Positions 28,805 to 37,516 of a stretch of DNA of 64,000 bases are shown here, one piece after another (within the stretch, counting starts at the first letter, position 1; the number at the start of each line of letters is the position of its first letter). The notes below the pieces were generated by a model that was given only the letters and a program-made list of their open reading frames with translations, was not told the origin of the DNA and searched no databases. A program made the translations under genes and the position numbers. Origin of the DNA: Fimbriimonadales bacterium (lineage in GTDB: Bacteria > Armatimonadota > Fimbriimonadia > Fimbriimonadales > JABRVX01); NCBI GenBank assembly GCA_045862955.1, contig BTVI01000004.1:32001-96000 (forward strand), read 5' to 3'.

Positions 28805-29725
28805 ATGAACTGCCCGAAGTGCGGACAAGACAATCAGCCCGGTTCGAGATATTGCATTCACTGCGGTGCGGCACTAAGCGCTCAGGCCGCGGCACCGGCC
28901 CAGCAGCCGGAGGTGCGAGAGCGTCCCGCTGCGGCCAAGGCCTCGGGGATGCCCATGGGTACGAAGGTGGCGCTCGCTATCGGGGCCCTTGCCGTCATCC
29001 TCGTAGCGGGCATCCTTATCGGCAAGTACGGCCCATGGCAGGCGAAGGCCAAGACGCAGGCAAGCGGCGTACTCCAGGCCGAGGGCAGCCAACCCCCTAC
29101 CGGCATGCTGCAGGCACAAGGCTCTAAGCCTCCCACCGGCATCGCCCAGGCCGAGGGATCCCCTCCACCGCAGCGGAAAGTGATGCCAGACGACATTCGC
29201 AAGTGGCTCGAGCACCTCGAGCGCATCGAGAAGCAGCGGGTGGACATGTCGAAAGACCAAGTGTCCTCGCTGATGGTAGTGATGACCAAGCTGTCGGTCT
29301 CGGGCGGTGCAGAGAACTTGGAGCGGATCATGGCCGGCGAGGATCCTAAGGCCCCGCACGAGGACCTGTCGGCCCAGGCCAACTCGATGCGTTCGGAGTG
29401 GAACGGACTAATCCAGCGATTCCGGTCGTTCCCACCACCGCAACGGTGTCGGCAGCTGGCTAACACGTACGACCGCGTGCTGGTAGGAACGTCGCTGTCT
29501 CTGCTCTCCGTTGCTGACGCCCTCGGAAAGGCATCCAGCGATCCCCAGGGTGCGATCTCGTCTCTGCAGCGAATGAAGGGGGAGTCGTATCAGTCGGTGG
29601 ATGTGCCTGCAGCTTCGTCTGACAACCAGCTGGCCGAGATATGCCGCGAGTACGATACGGACAAGTGGTTCGTGATCCACGCCGACATCGCCGGGCAGAT
29701 TGGGAGCATCGGTCGCGGCTTCTGA
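28805..29725 (+). CDS. Zinc-ribbon + TM + extracytoplasmic helical domain protein
   Basis: CPKCG...CIHCG; single TM; three 12-aa repeats. Confidence 0.8.
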   Translation: MNCPKCGQDNQPGSRYCIHCGAALSAQAAAPAQQPEVRERPAAAKASGMPMGTKVALAIGALAVILVAGILIGKYGPWQAKAKTQASGVLQAEGSQPPTGMLQAQGSKPPTGIAQAEGSPPPQRKVMPDDIRKWLEHLERIEKQRVDMSKDQVSSLMVVMTKLSVSGGAENLERIMAGEDPKAPHEDLSAQANSMRSEWNGLIQRFRSFPPPQRCRQLANTYDRVLVGTSLSLLSVADALGKASSDPQGAISSLQRMKGESYQSVDVPAASSDNQLAEICREYDTDKWFVIHADIAGQIGSIGRGF

Positions 29726-29775
29726 ACCGTCGGTAGCGGCAGGCAGAACCCGGTTCAGCGGCGAAATGCGAACCT

Positions 29776-31524
29776 ATGCATCATCCTAGCCTCGGAGCTG
29801 CCCTGCTCGCCTCTGCCGAGAGGTACGGCGACAAGCCCGCGCTCATGCAGCGCGACGGCTCACGCTTCCTAACCCTCACCTATAGCAAGTTGCTCTCCCG
29901 TGCCCGCCAGGTCGCTTCTGCACTGGCTGCCTCGGGCATCGCGCCTGGCGATCGGATCGCACTGATGTCGGAGAACCGGCCGGAGTGGGCGATCCTGGAC
30001 TGGGGAGCTCAGCTCGCCGGCGTTGTGCTAGTGCCGCTCTTCCCCACCCTCGCTGCGCCTCAGGTCCGATACATCCTGAAAGACAGCGGGGCCAAACTGT
30101 TGTTCTGCGAGGACGCGGGGATCGTTGCCCGATGCGTGGCTGCGATCGAAGAGATGGACCCGAGGCCGGGGCTGGTGTCGATCGAACCAGCTCCCCCCGC
30201 GCAGTCGTTTGCAGACTTCCTTCGGGCAGGCGACGGACAGGACTTCCAGGTCGCCGATGCGCAGCCCGACGACCTGTGCACGCTCATCTACACGTCGGGG
30301 ACCACGGGTGACCCCAAGGGTGTCATGCTCACTCACCGCAACCTGCTGTCCAACATCGAGTCGTGCTTGGAGGCCCTCGACGTGGGGCCGGATGACGTCT
30401 TCCTCTGGACCCTGCCACTGAGCCACGTGTTCTCACGCATGGCGGCCCATTTCCTCCCTGTATTTTGCGGGGCGACCATCGTGTGCGGCAAGTCGCTGCG
30501 CACGCTCGCCGACGACATGCGGCTGGGACGCCCTACCGTGATGTTGATGGTCCCACGCTTCCTGGAACAGCTCAAAGCGAGGATCGAGGATGGCGCCGAG
30601 CGACTACCTCTGCTTCGAAGGGCGCTCTTCCGGTGGGCGCTATCCGTTGGGCTGCGCATGCCGCCTAAGGGCTCGAAACTGGAGCGCGCATCCCAGTGGC
30701 TGAGGTGGCAGAGCGCGGTAGCGGACATCCTAGTCGGTCGCAAAGTCCGATCTCGGTTCGGCGGGAGATTGCGCTTCGCGGTGTCGGGAGCGGCTGCGTT
30801 GCCGGTCGACGTATCCGCCTTCTTCAACGCGTTCGGCATCGTAATCTTGCAGGGATACGGCCTGACGGAGACATCGCCCGTGATCTCCGTGAACCGGCCG
30901 GATGCGAACCGTTTCGGCACCGTCGGCCCCCCGATTCCGGGCGTGGAGGTCCGGATTGCCGAGGACGGCGAGATACTCACTCGCGGTCCTCACGTGATGA
31001 AGGGCTACTATGGTCTGCCCGACGCTACTCGCGAGGTTCTGTCGCCGGACGGCTGGTTCGCGACGGGGGACGTAGGCGAGATTGACGAGATGGGCTACCT
31101 GCGCATTACGGACCGCAAGAAGGACCTGTTGGTGCTGGCGAACGGGAAGAACGTCGCGCCACAGCCCATCGAAGCACTGCTGAAGTCCTCACCGCTTATC
31201 GAGGAGGCGGTGGTGATGGGTGACGGGCAGCCGGTGGTCACGGCGCTCATCGTGCCCGACTTCGAGGCACTTCGGCGGGCAGCGGGCATCTCTGTATCCG
31301 ACCCCGCGGAAATGGTGTTGCTACCCGAAGTACAGACTTGCATGCGCGAGGAGGTCGACAACCTTTGCCGAGCGGTGGCAGATTTCGAGCGAGTGAGGCG
31401 ATTTGCCCTGCTGCCAGAGCGCTTTACGGTGGAAGGTGGCGAGCTCACGCCCACCCTCAAAGTGCGGCGTCGCGTTATCTACGAGAAGTACGGGAGCATC
31501 ATCGGGTCGCTACGAGGGGAGTGA
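29776..31524 (+). CDS. fadD: Long-chain fatty acid-CoA ligase
   Basis: YTSGTTGDPKG, GYGLTE, TGD, RITDRKK, ELTPTLK. Confidence 0.93.
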   Translation: MHHPSLGAALLASAERYGDKPALMQRDGSRFLTLTYSKLLSRARQVASALAASGIAPGDRIALMSENRPEWAILDWGAQLAGVVLVPLFPTLAAPQVRYILKDSGAKLLFCEDAGIVARCVAAIEEMDPRPGLVSIEPAPPAQSFADFLRAGDGQDFQVADAQPDDLCTLIYTSGTTGDPKGVMLTHRNLLSNIESCLEALDVGPDDVFLWTLPLSHVFSRMAAHFLPVFCGATIVCGKSLRTLADDMRLGRPTVMLMVPRFLEQLKARIEDGAERLPLLRRALFRWALSVGLRMPPKGSKLERASQWLRWQSAVADILVGRKVRSRFGGRLRFAVSGAAALPVDVSAFFNAFGIVILQGYGLTETSPVISVNRPDANRFGTVGPPIPGVEVRIAEDGEILTRGPHVMKGYYGLPDATREVLSPDGWFATGDVGEIDEMGYLRITDRKKDLLVLANGKNVAPQPIEALLKSSPLIEEAVVMGDGQPVVTALIVPDFEALRRAAGISVSDPAEMVLLPEVQTCMREEVDNLCRAVADFERVRRFALLPERFTVEGGELTPTLKVRRRVIYEKYGSIIGSLRGE

Positions 31525-31573
31525 GGCCCACAGCCGGCGGCCCCGGATCCCCCGGGGTATAATCGGTCAAGAC

Positions 31574-32395
31574 ATGAATCGTCCCCCGCTGAGTGCGATT
31601 GACCACACTGTCGTATTTGGGATCCTGAACGTCACCCCGGATAGCTTTAGCGATGGAGGACTATTCGACGATCCCAAGCATGCCCTGGAGCAAGCGCTGC
31701 GAATGGAGGAAGAGGGCGCCGACGTCATAGACGTAGGAGGAGAGAGCACCCGCCCAGGCTCCGAGCCCATAGCCATCGAGGAAGAGATCCGACGCGTGGT
31801 CCCGGTCATCGAGTCCCTCTGTCAGACTCTTCGGATCCCGGTCTCCATAGATACTTACAAGCCCGAAGTTGCTAAAGAAGCAATCGCCGCAGGGGCCACG
31901 GTGATCAACGATATCACCGCACTACAGAAGCCCGCAATGGCCGAGCTGGCCGCTGCCTCGGGGTGCGACATCGTGCTGATGCACATGCAGGGCACCCCGA
32001 AGACCATGCAGGTCGCTCCCACCTACAGCGACGTGGTGCAGGACGTTAGCGCCTACCTGGAAGCGCGCATCCACACGGCCGAGAAGTACGGCATCGCACA
32101 CGACCGCATCTGGGTAGACCCAGGATTCGGCTTCGGGAAGAGTTACAAGCACAACATCGAGATGCTCGCCCGCATGAACGAGTTTCAGGCGCTCGGCAAG
32201 CCCGTGTTGGTGGGTCCATCGCGGAAGTCGTTCCTCAGTCGCCTCGCCGACGCCCCGGCAACAGACCGTCCCGGCCTGACGGGAGGCGCTGTGGCCGCCG
32301 CGGTGCTGGCCGGTGCGAGGGGAGTGCGGGTGCATGACGTGCGCTTCATACGCGACATTCTGCTCGTGCTGGACGCCATCTCCGGCGTGAAATAG
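31574..32395 (+). CDS. folP: Dihydropteroate synthase
   Basis: GILNVTPDSFSDGG, GGESTRPG, DPGFGFGK, SRKS, VRVHDV. Confidence 0.96.
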   Translation: MNRPPLSAIDHTVVFGILNVTPDSFSDGGLFDDPKHALEQALRMEEEGADVIDVGGESTRPGSEPIAIEEEIRRVVPVIESLCQTLRIPVSIDTYKPEVAKEAIAAGATVINDITALQKPAMAELAAASGCDIVLMHMQGTPKTMQVAPTYSDVVQDVSAYLEARIHTAEKYGIAHDRIWVDPGFGFGKSYKHNIEMLARMNEFQALGKPVLVGPSRKSFLSRLADAPATDRPGLTGGAVAAAVLAGARGVRVHDVRFIRDILLVLDAISGVK

Positions 32396-32430
32396 GAACC
32401 TGGTTGCAGGCCGCTGCGTCTCACTCCCGG

Positions 32431-33186
32431 ATGAACTACGCCGTCCGAGCTATCGTTGCGATCGTCGCTCTGATCGTTTTGCCCACCAGCTCTGCCTTCT
32501 CGCAAGACACTGGGGAACATGCTCGCGCGCTGGTGGAGCAGGCGCTGTCCGCTTGGACCGCTCAAGAGTCGCTCTGCTTCCACGCGACCGGGACTACTAG
32601 CACAGGTGACAGCACGGTTCGTTTCTCGGTCACGGTCTGGAAGTCCGGCTCCGACAAGGTGCGACTTCAGTACCTGGAAGGTAATGACGCATCCTCGCTG
32701 ATTCTTCTCGTTGCCGATGGCAAGAACGTGTGGCGCTGGAACCAGGCCCGGAAGGAGTATCAGCAGCTCCGCGCGCCGGGCGGTGGCGCGAACCTGTTGG
32801 CGCTGATGAGCAGTCTTGCGCCGGCCAACGCCACAGGAGCGCTGCGACTCGTGATGGGCGACTCGGAGCTCGTCCCGGCGGGTCAGTATCTCGTGACCGG
32901 GTCCCCACCCGGCACCTCGGGAGGAACGCGGGTCGTCCAGTGCTCTGCCACCAGGGGAGTCGGCAAGGCTGAGACGGGTTCGCGCGTCAGCTTTCACATC
33001 GTGGAAGGGGAGACCGGGCCGTGGTTACAAGAGGTGCGGATGAGCCAGACGCGTGTTACCGCACGAAGCCTCGCGCGCGTGTCGTGGACAGGGGCTTTCG
33101 TCCAGGGCAAGGACCTCGGTCCGGAGGGCTTTGCCTTTGTCCCTCCACCAGGCTCACGCTGTGTCGGCGTGTACGATTCGCCCTAG
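32431..33186 (+). CDS. LolA-like / DUF2092-type periplasmic protein
   Basis: Signal peptide; LVADGKNVWRW; FAFVPPPG. Confidence 0.6.
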   Translation: MNYAVRAIVAIVALIVLPTSSAFSQDTGEHARALVEQALSAWTAQESLCFHATGTTSTGDSTVRFSVTVWKSGSDKVRLQYLEGNDASSLILLVADGKNVWRWNQARKEYQQLRAPGGGANLLALMSSLAPANATGALRLVMGDSELVPAGQYLVTGSPPGTSGGTRVVQCSATRGVGKAETGSRVSFHIVEGETGPWLQEVRMSQTRVTARSLARVSWTGAFVQGKDLGPEGFAFVPPPGSRCVGVYDSP

Positions 33187-33285
33187 CGGCTCCGCCGGCC
33201 ACCACCTAGCCTTCGGGGTAAAATCCAACTCACACGCCGGCAGGGCTCACCGTGCTGGGCCCTGCCTTATTCTGGAGGGCCCTCA

Positions 33286-35631
33286 ATGGCGAACGGTTCC
33301 CCAGCGTTCGAGCGCGTTGTCGTGATTGGCGCAGGCGTCATGGGATCGGGCATCGCGGCACACCTAGCGAACTTGGGTCGGCAAGTTTCTCTCCTCGACG
33401 TTCCCCCGTCCAGCTTAACAGACGAAGAGCAGGCGCGCGGCGCGACACTGTCGGATGCGGAAGTCCGTCTGCGAGTCGTACACAGTCTTTGGGACCGAGC
33501 GAGGAATGCGCGGCCCCCGCACTTCTATCTCCCCGATACCGCAGACAACGTCCGGCTCGGGAATGTGGAGGACCACCTCGATTGGGTGCGGGATGCCGAC
33601 TGGGTGGTCGAGGCCGTGGTAGAGAAGATGGATGTGAAGCGGGACCTTTACGCCAAGCTGGACCCGCTGCTCGGGCCCGACACGCTAATCACCACCAACA
33701 CATCTGGGCTCCGCATCTCCGAGCTGGCCGAGGGGCGGAGCGAGCCCTTCCGCAAACGGTTCGTGGGCACTCACTTCTTTAACCCCCCTCGGTACCTCAA
33801 GCTGCTGGAGATCATCCCCACCCCCGAGTCGGACCCGGACGTGGTATCGCAGGTGGTAGCTGCATCCGAGGACGAATGGGCGAAACGCGTGGTAGTAGCC
33901 CGAGATACGCCGGGCTTCATCGCGAACCGTATCGGAATGTTCTGCATCGTGCAAGCCGTTCACGCTGCGTTGGAAACCGGGCTGAGCATCGAAGAAGTGG
34001 ACGCGCTGACGGGCCCTCTGCTCGGGCGACCCCGGACCGGCACATTCCGCCTGCACGACCTTATCGGGCTCGATATCGTGGAAGACGTTGCGGGTAATCA
34101 GTATCGGCGCCTGACGCACGATCGGTATCGAGACCTCCTTCAGTTGCCTGAGCCGATGAAGAAGATGCTGGCCGATGGGCGTCTCGGCAACAAGAGCGGC
34201 CAGGGATTTTACAAGCGCGAAGGCAAGGCATTCCTTACACTAGACCTCGCGACGATGGAATACCGCGAGGCGGTAGAGCCACAGATCGAAGGGATTGCGG
34301 AGCTGTCCAAGGCGCCATGGGGCGAGCGTCTGAACCGGCTACTACTTCGCGACGACCGTGCTGGAGAGTTCCTTCGCAAGCACCTCGTCACGTCGCTCAC
34401 CTATGCCATTTACTGCACACCGGAGATCTCGGACACCCTGCTCGGTGTGGACCGCGTGATGCGCTGGGGATTCGGGTGGGAGCTCGGACCCTTCGAGATG
34501 GTGGACGCCATCGGTATCAAGCCATTCGTGGACTTCGTTGGTGCCCAAGGGCTTACCGTGCCGCCACTGCTGGCCGAGGTCCACGACGCTGGGCTGAGCG
34601 GCTTCTACCGCAAGGAAGGCGGCGAGATGGCCTACTATGATATGCCGAGCAAGGAACTGACTACCCTGCCCCACGACCCACGCTACATCGTGCTCGCAGA
34701 CCTGAAGGCGAAGACCAGCCCGGTGTTCGAGACGAAAGAGGCGAGCCTCCTGGATCTCGGCGACAACGTGCTGTGTCTCGAGTTCCACACCAAGATGAAC
34801 GCGCTCACCCCGGAGATGCCGCACGCGGTGATCGAGGCCGTGCGCCGCGCGGAAGCAGACCGGAAGGCACTGGTACTGGGGAACGAAGGGCGGGGATTTA
34901 GTTGCGGCTTCGACCTGCGGACGTTCCTCGACCTGATGGAGGCGAGGGACTGGACCCGGATGGAGCAGATACTGCGTGACCTACAGGCGGCTTCCAAGGC
35001 CTTGCGGTACTCCTCGGCTCCCGTAGTCGCAGCCGTCCACGGCTTTGCGCTGGGTGGTGGGCTGGAGCTGCCCATGCACTGCGCGCGGATCGTCGCGGCG
35101 CCGGAGACCAGCATCGGCCTACCCGAAGTGACGGTCGGCGTCATCCCCGGCGCCGGCGGGACCACGACGATGGCCCTGCGCAATCCAGGGCTGGAGCAGC
35201 GGCTGGAGGCGTTCAAGCTGGTGGCGAAGGGAGAGAAGTCGGCCAACGCCGATCAGGCCCGACGAATGGGCTACCTGGAGACGCGGGACGTGACGTGCTA
35301 CAACGCCGACCAACTGCTGTACGTCGCCAAGCAACTGGCTCGGCAGACGTGCGAGCCGCGCAGATACGAAGCGATCCCGGGACTCGGCTCACGGTTCGGT
35401 GATGCTGTGAAGCGGTGGTTGGATTCGGAGTCTGCAGCAGGCAATCTGCTGGAGTACGACCTCGTGATGGCGCGAGCCGTAGCCGCGGTAATGGCATCGG
35501 ATCGTGACGTTCTGACCGAGGACGAGATGCTGGAGCGAGAGCGAGAGCAGTTCCTTTCCGTCGTCCAGAACAAGGGCAGCAGTGATCGTATCCGGCACAT
35601 GCTGGAGACGGGCAAGCCGTTGAGAAACTGA
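33286..35631 (+). CDS. fadN: 3-hydroxyacyl-CoA dehydrogenase / enoyl-CoA hydratase fusion
   Basis: GAGVMGSGIA, EAVVE, HFFNPPRY, PGFIANRIG, ALGGGLE, TGKPLRN. Confidence 0.93.
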   Translation: MANGSPAFERVVVIGAGVMGSGIAAHLANLGRQVSLLDVPPSSLTDEEQARGATLSDAEVRLRVVHSLWDRARNARPPHFYLPDTADNVRLGNVEDHLDWVRDADWVVEAVVEKMDVKRDLYAKLDPLLGPDTLITTNTSGLRISELAEGRSEPFRKRFVGTHFFNPPRYLKLLEIIPTPESDPDVVSQVVAASEDEWAKRVVVARDTPGFIANRIGMFCIVQAVHAALETGLSIEEVDALTGPLLGRPRTGTFRLHDLIGLDIVEDVAGNQYRRLTHDRYRDLLQLPEPMKKMLADGRLGNKSGQGFYKREGKAFLTLDLATMEYREAVEPQIEGIAELSKAPWGERLNRLLLRDDRAGEFLRKHLVTSLTYAIYCTPEISDTLLGVDRVMRWGFGWELGPFEMVDAIGIKPFVDFVGAQGLTVPPLLAEVHDAGLSGFYRKEGGEMAYYDMPSKELTTLPHDPRYIVLADLKAKTSPVFETKEASLLDLGDNVLCLEFHTKMNALTPEMPHAVIEAVRRAEADRKALVLGNEGRGFSCGFDLRTFLDLMEARDWTRMEQILRDLQAASKALRYSSAPVVAAVHGFALGGGLELPMHCARIVAAPETSIGLPEVTVGVIPGAGGTTTMALRNPGLEQRLEAFKLVAKGEKSANADQARRMGYLETRDVTCYNADQLLYVAKQLARQTCEPRRYEAIPGLGSRFGDAVKRWLDSESAAGNLLEYDLVMARAVAAVMASDRDVLTEDEMLEREREQFLSVVQNKGSSDRIRHMLETGKPLRN

Positions 35632-35662
35632 CACAGGCTGAGCCGAGAAGGGGGCACCGAGG

Positions 35663-36412
35663 TTGAAGATACTGGTACCGATCAAGCGCGTCCCGGACCC
35701 ATACGCCAAGATACGCATTCGTCCGGACGGCACCGGGATCGATGAGACAGGGCTGAAATGGGAAATCAACCCGTTCGACGAGATCGCCGTCGAGGAAGCC
35801 GTGCGAACGCGAGAGGCGGGCAAGTGCGAGGACGTGCTGGTGGTCAGCACTGGCGGTGCCGAGTGTCAGGAGCAGCTTCGAAAGGCGTTGGCCATCGGTG
35901 CGGACCGGGCGCTGCTGGTCGAGCATTCGGGCACGTTGGAGCCTCTGGACACCGCGCGCGTGCTGAAAGCCGTTTTCGAGCGGGAACAGCCGACCGTGGT
36001 ACTGATGGGGAAGCAGGCGATAGACGACGACTTCAACCAAACGGGCCAGATGCTTGCCGGGATGCTCGGCCTGCCCCAAGCCACCTTTGCCTCGAAGATC
36101 GAATGGCTGGACGGCGAGGCCCGCGTGTCACGAGAGGTGGACACGGGTATCGAGACCATTCGGGTGAAGTTGCCAGCCGTGATCACTACGGACCTTCGAC
36201 TGAACGAGCCCCGCTACGTGCCTCTGCCGGGCATCATCCGCGCCCGCACGAAGCCTCTAGAGACCGTGTCGCTGAAGGACCTGGGCGTTAGCCCCACTCG
36301 CTGCATCGAGATCACCGGAATGGCCGAGCCTCCCGCCCGGCCGCCGGGAAGGAAGGTCGGTTCGGTGGATGAGTTGCTCACAGCGCTGAAGGAGGAGGCC
36401 AAGGTTCTATGA
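35663..36412 (+). CDS. etfB: Electron transfer flavoprotein beta subunit
   Basis: NPFDEIAVEEA, GKQAIDDD, NEPRY. Confidence 0.96.
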   Translation: MKILVPIKRVPDPYAKIRIRPDGTGIDETGLKWEINPFDEIAVEEAVRTREAGKCEDVLVVSTGGAECQEQLRKALAIGADRALLVEHSGTLEPLDTARVLKAVFEREQPTVVLMGKQAIDDDFNQTGQMLAGMLGLPQATFASKIEWLDGEARVSREVDTGIETIRVKLPAVITTDLRLNEPRYVPLPGIIRARTKPLETVSLKDLGVSPTRCIEITGMAEPPARPPGRKVGSVDELLTALKEEAKVL

Positions 36413-37350
36413 GTCGGCTGCTGGTGATCGCCGAGACCAACGGTTCCGCGCTGCTTCCGGCGACCGGCGCCGCATGCTCCTTTGCCCAGCTTTCCGGCTT
36501 GCCCTTCGACTTGCTGGCCATCGGCAGCGGGGTGGCCGCCGGCGAGTACGGTGAGATGGGTGCCGAACGGGTGCTGATTGCGAACGACTCTCGGTTGGGC
36601 AGGCCGCTTGCGGACCGCTATGCCGCCGTGGTTGCGGAGGTGTTCCGGGCCGGAGGGTACAGCCACGCTTGTTTGTCCTCGACAACCTTCGGTCGTGACC
36701 TTCTGCCGAGGGTGGGGGCGCTCGTCGGTGCGCCGATGCTGAGCGACGTCTTGGAGATCGTGGACATGCAGGGCGGCGTGTTCCGACGGCCCATGTACGC
36801 GGGAGCTGTCATCGCAACGGTTAAGGTTTCGACCGTGCCGTTGCTGCTCTCCGTTCGACACACGGCGTTTTCGAAGCCCGAGACCCGCGCGTCTTCAGTA
36901 GCGGAGACGGTGAGTGTGGGCGAGCTGCCCTCCGGCATGGAGTGGGAGTCGGAGCAGACCAGCTCGACCGGGCGGCCCGACCTTACCCAAGCGCGCGTCG
37001 TGGTAAGTGGTGGGCGACCGCTGAAGGACGCTGCTACTTTCGAAGAGCACATCGGCGAGCTGGCGGACCTGTTGGGTGGCGCCGTGGGCGCCACGCGTGC
37101 GGCGGTGGACGCGGGGATCGTCGGCAACGACCTACAGGTCGGACAGACGGGAAAGATGGTCGCTCCTGACCTTTACTTCGCCATCGGCATATCTGGTTCG
37201 ACGCAGCACCTGGCTGGGATGAGCAGCTCGAAGGTGATCGTGGCAATCAACAAGGACCCGGAAGCGCCCGTGTTCGAGGTCGCCGATTACGGCCTGGTCG
37301 CGGACCTCTTCGTCGCCGTCCCAGAGCTGAAAGCGAAGCTGCGGGGGTAG
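36409..37350 (+). CDS. etfA: Electron transfer flavoprotein alpha subunit
   Basis: VVSGGR, QVGQTGK, GISGSTQH, AINKDPEAP. Confidence 0.96.
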   Translation: MSRLLVIAETNGSALLPATGAACSFAQLSGLPFDLLAIGSGVAAGEYGEMGAERVLIANDSRLGRPLADRYAAVVAEVFRAGGYSHACLSSTTFGRDLLPRVGALVGAPMLSDVLEIVDMQGGVFRRPMYAGAVIATVKVSTVPLLLSVRHTAFSKPETRASSVAETVSVGELPSGMEWESEQTSSTGRPDLTQARVVVSGGRPLKDAATFEEHIGELADLLGGAVGATRAAVDAGIVGNDLQVGQTGKMVAPDLYFAIGISGSTQHLAGMSSSKVIVAINKDPEAPVFEVADYGLVADLFVAVPELKAKLRG

Positions 37351-37516
37351 GCGCTAAGCAGATGCCACGCCTGCCCCGCTGCCACGATGGAGGCGGTACG
37401 GTAGGCTACTGTGCGTTGACGGTCAGCGGCCCGATTAGGTATAAGACCGGCGGCTGCGGCCGCGTCGTCAGAACGCAAGGAAGCGCTCTTGCCAAAGAAT
37501 GGGAGTCATTGACGTC

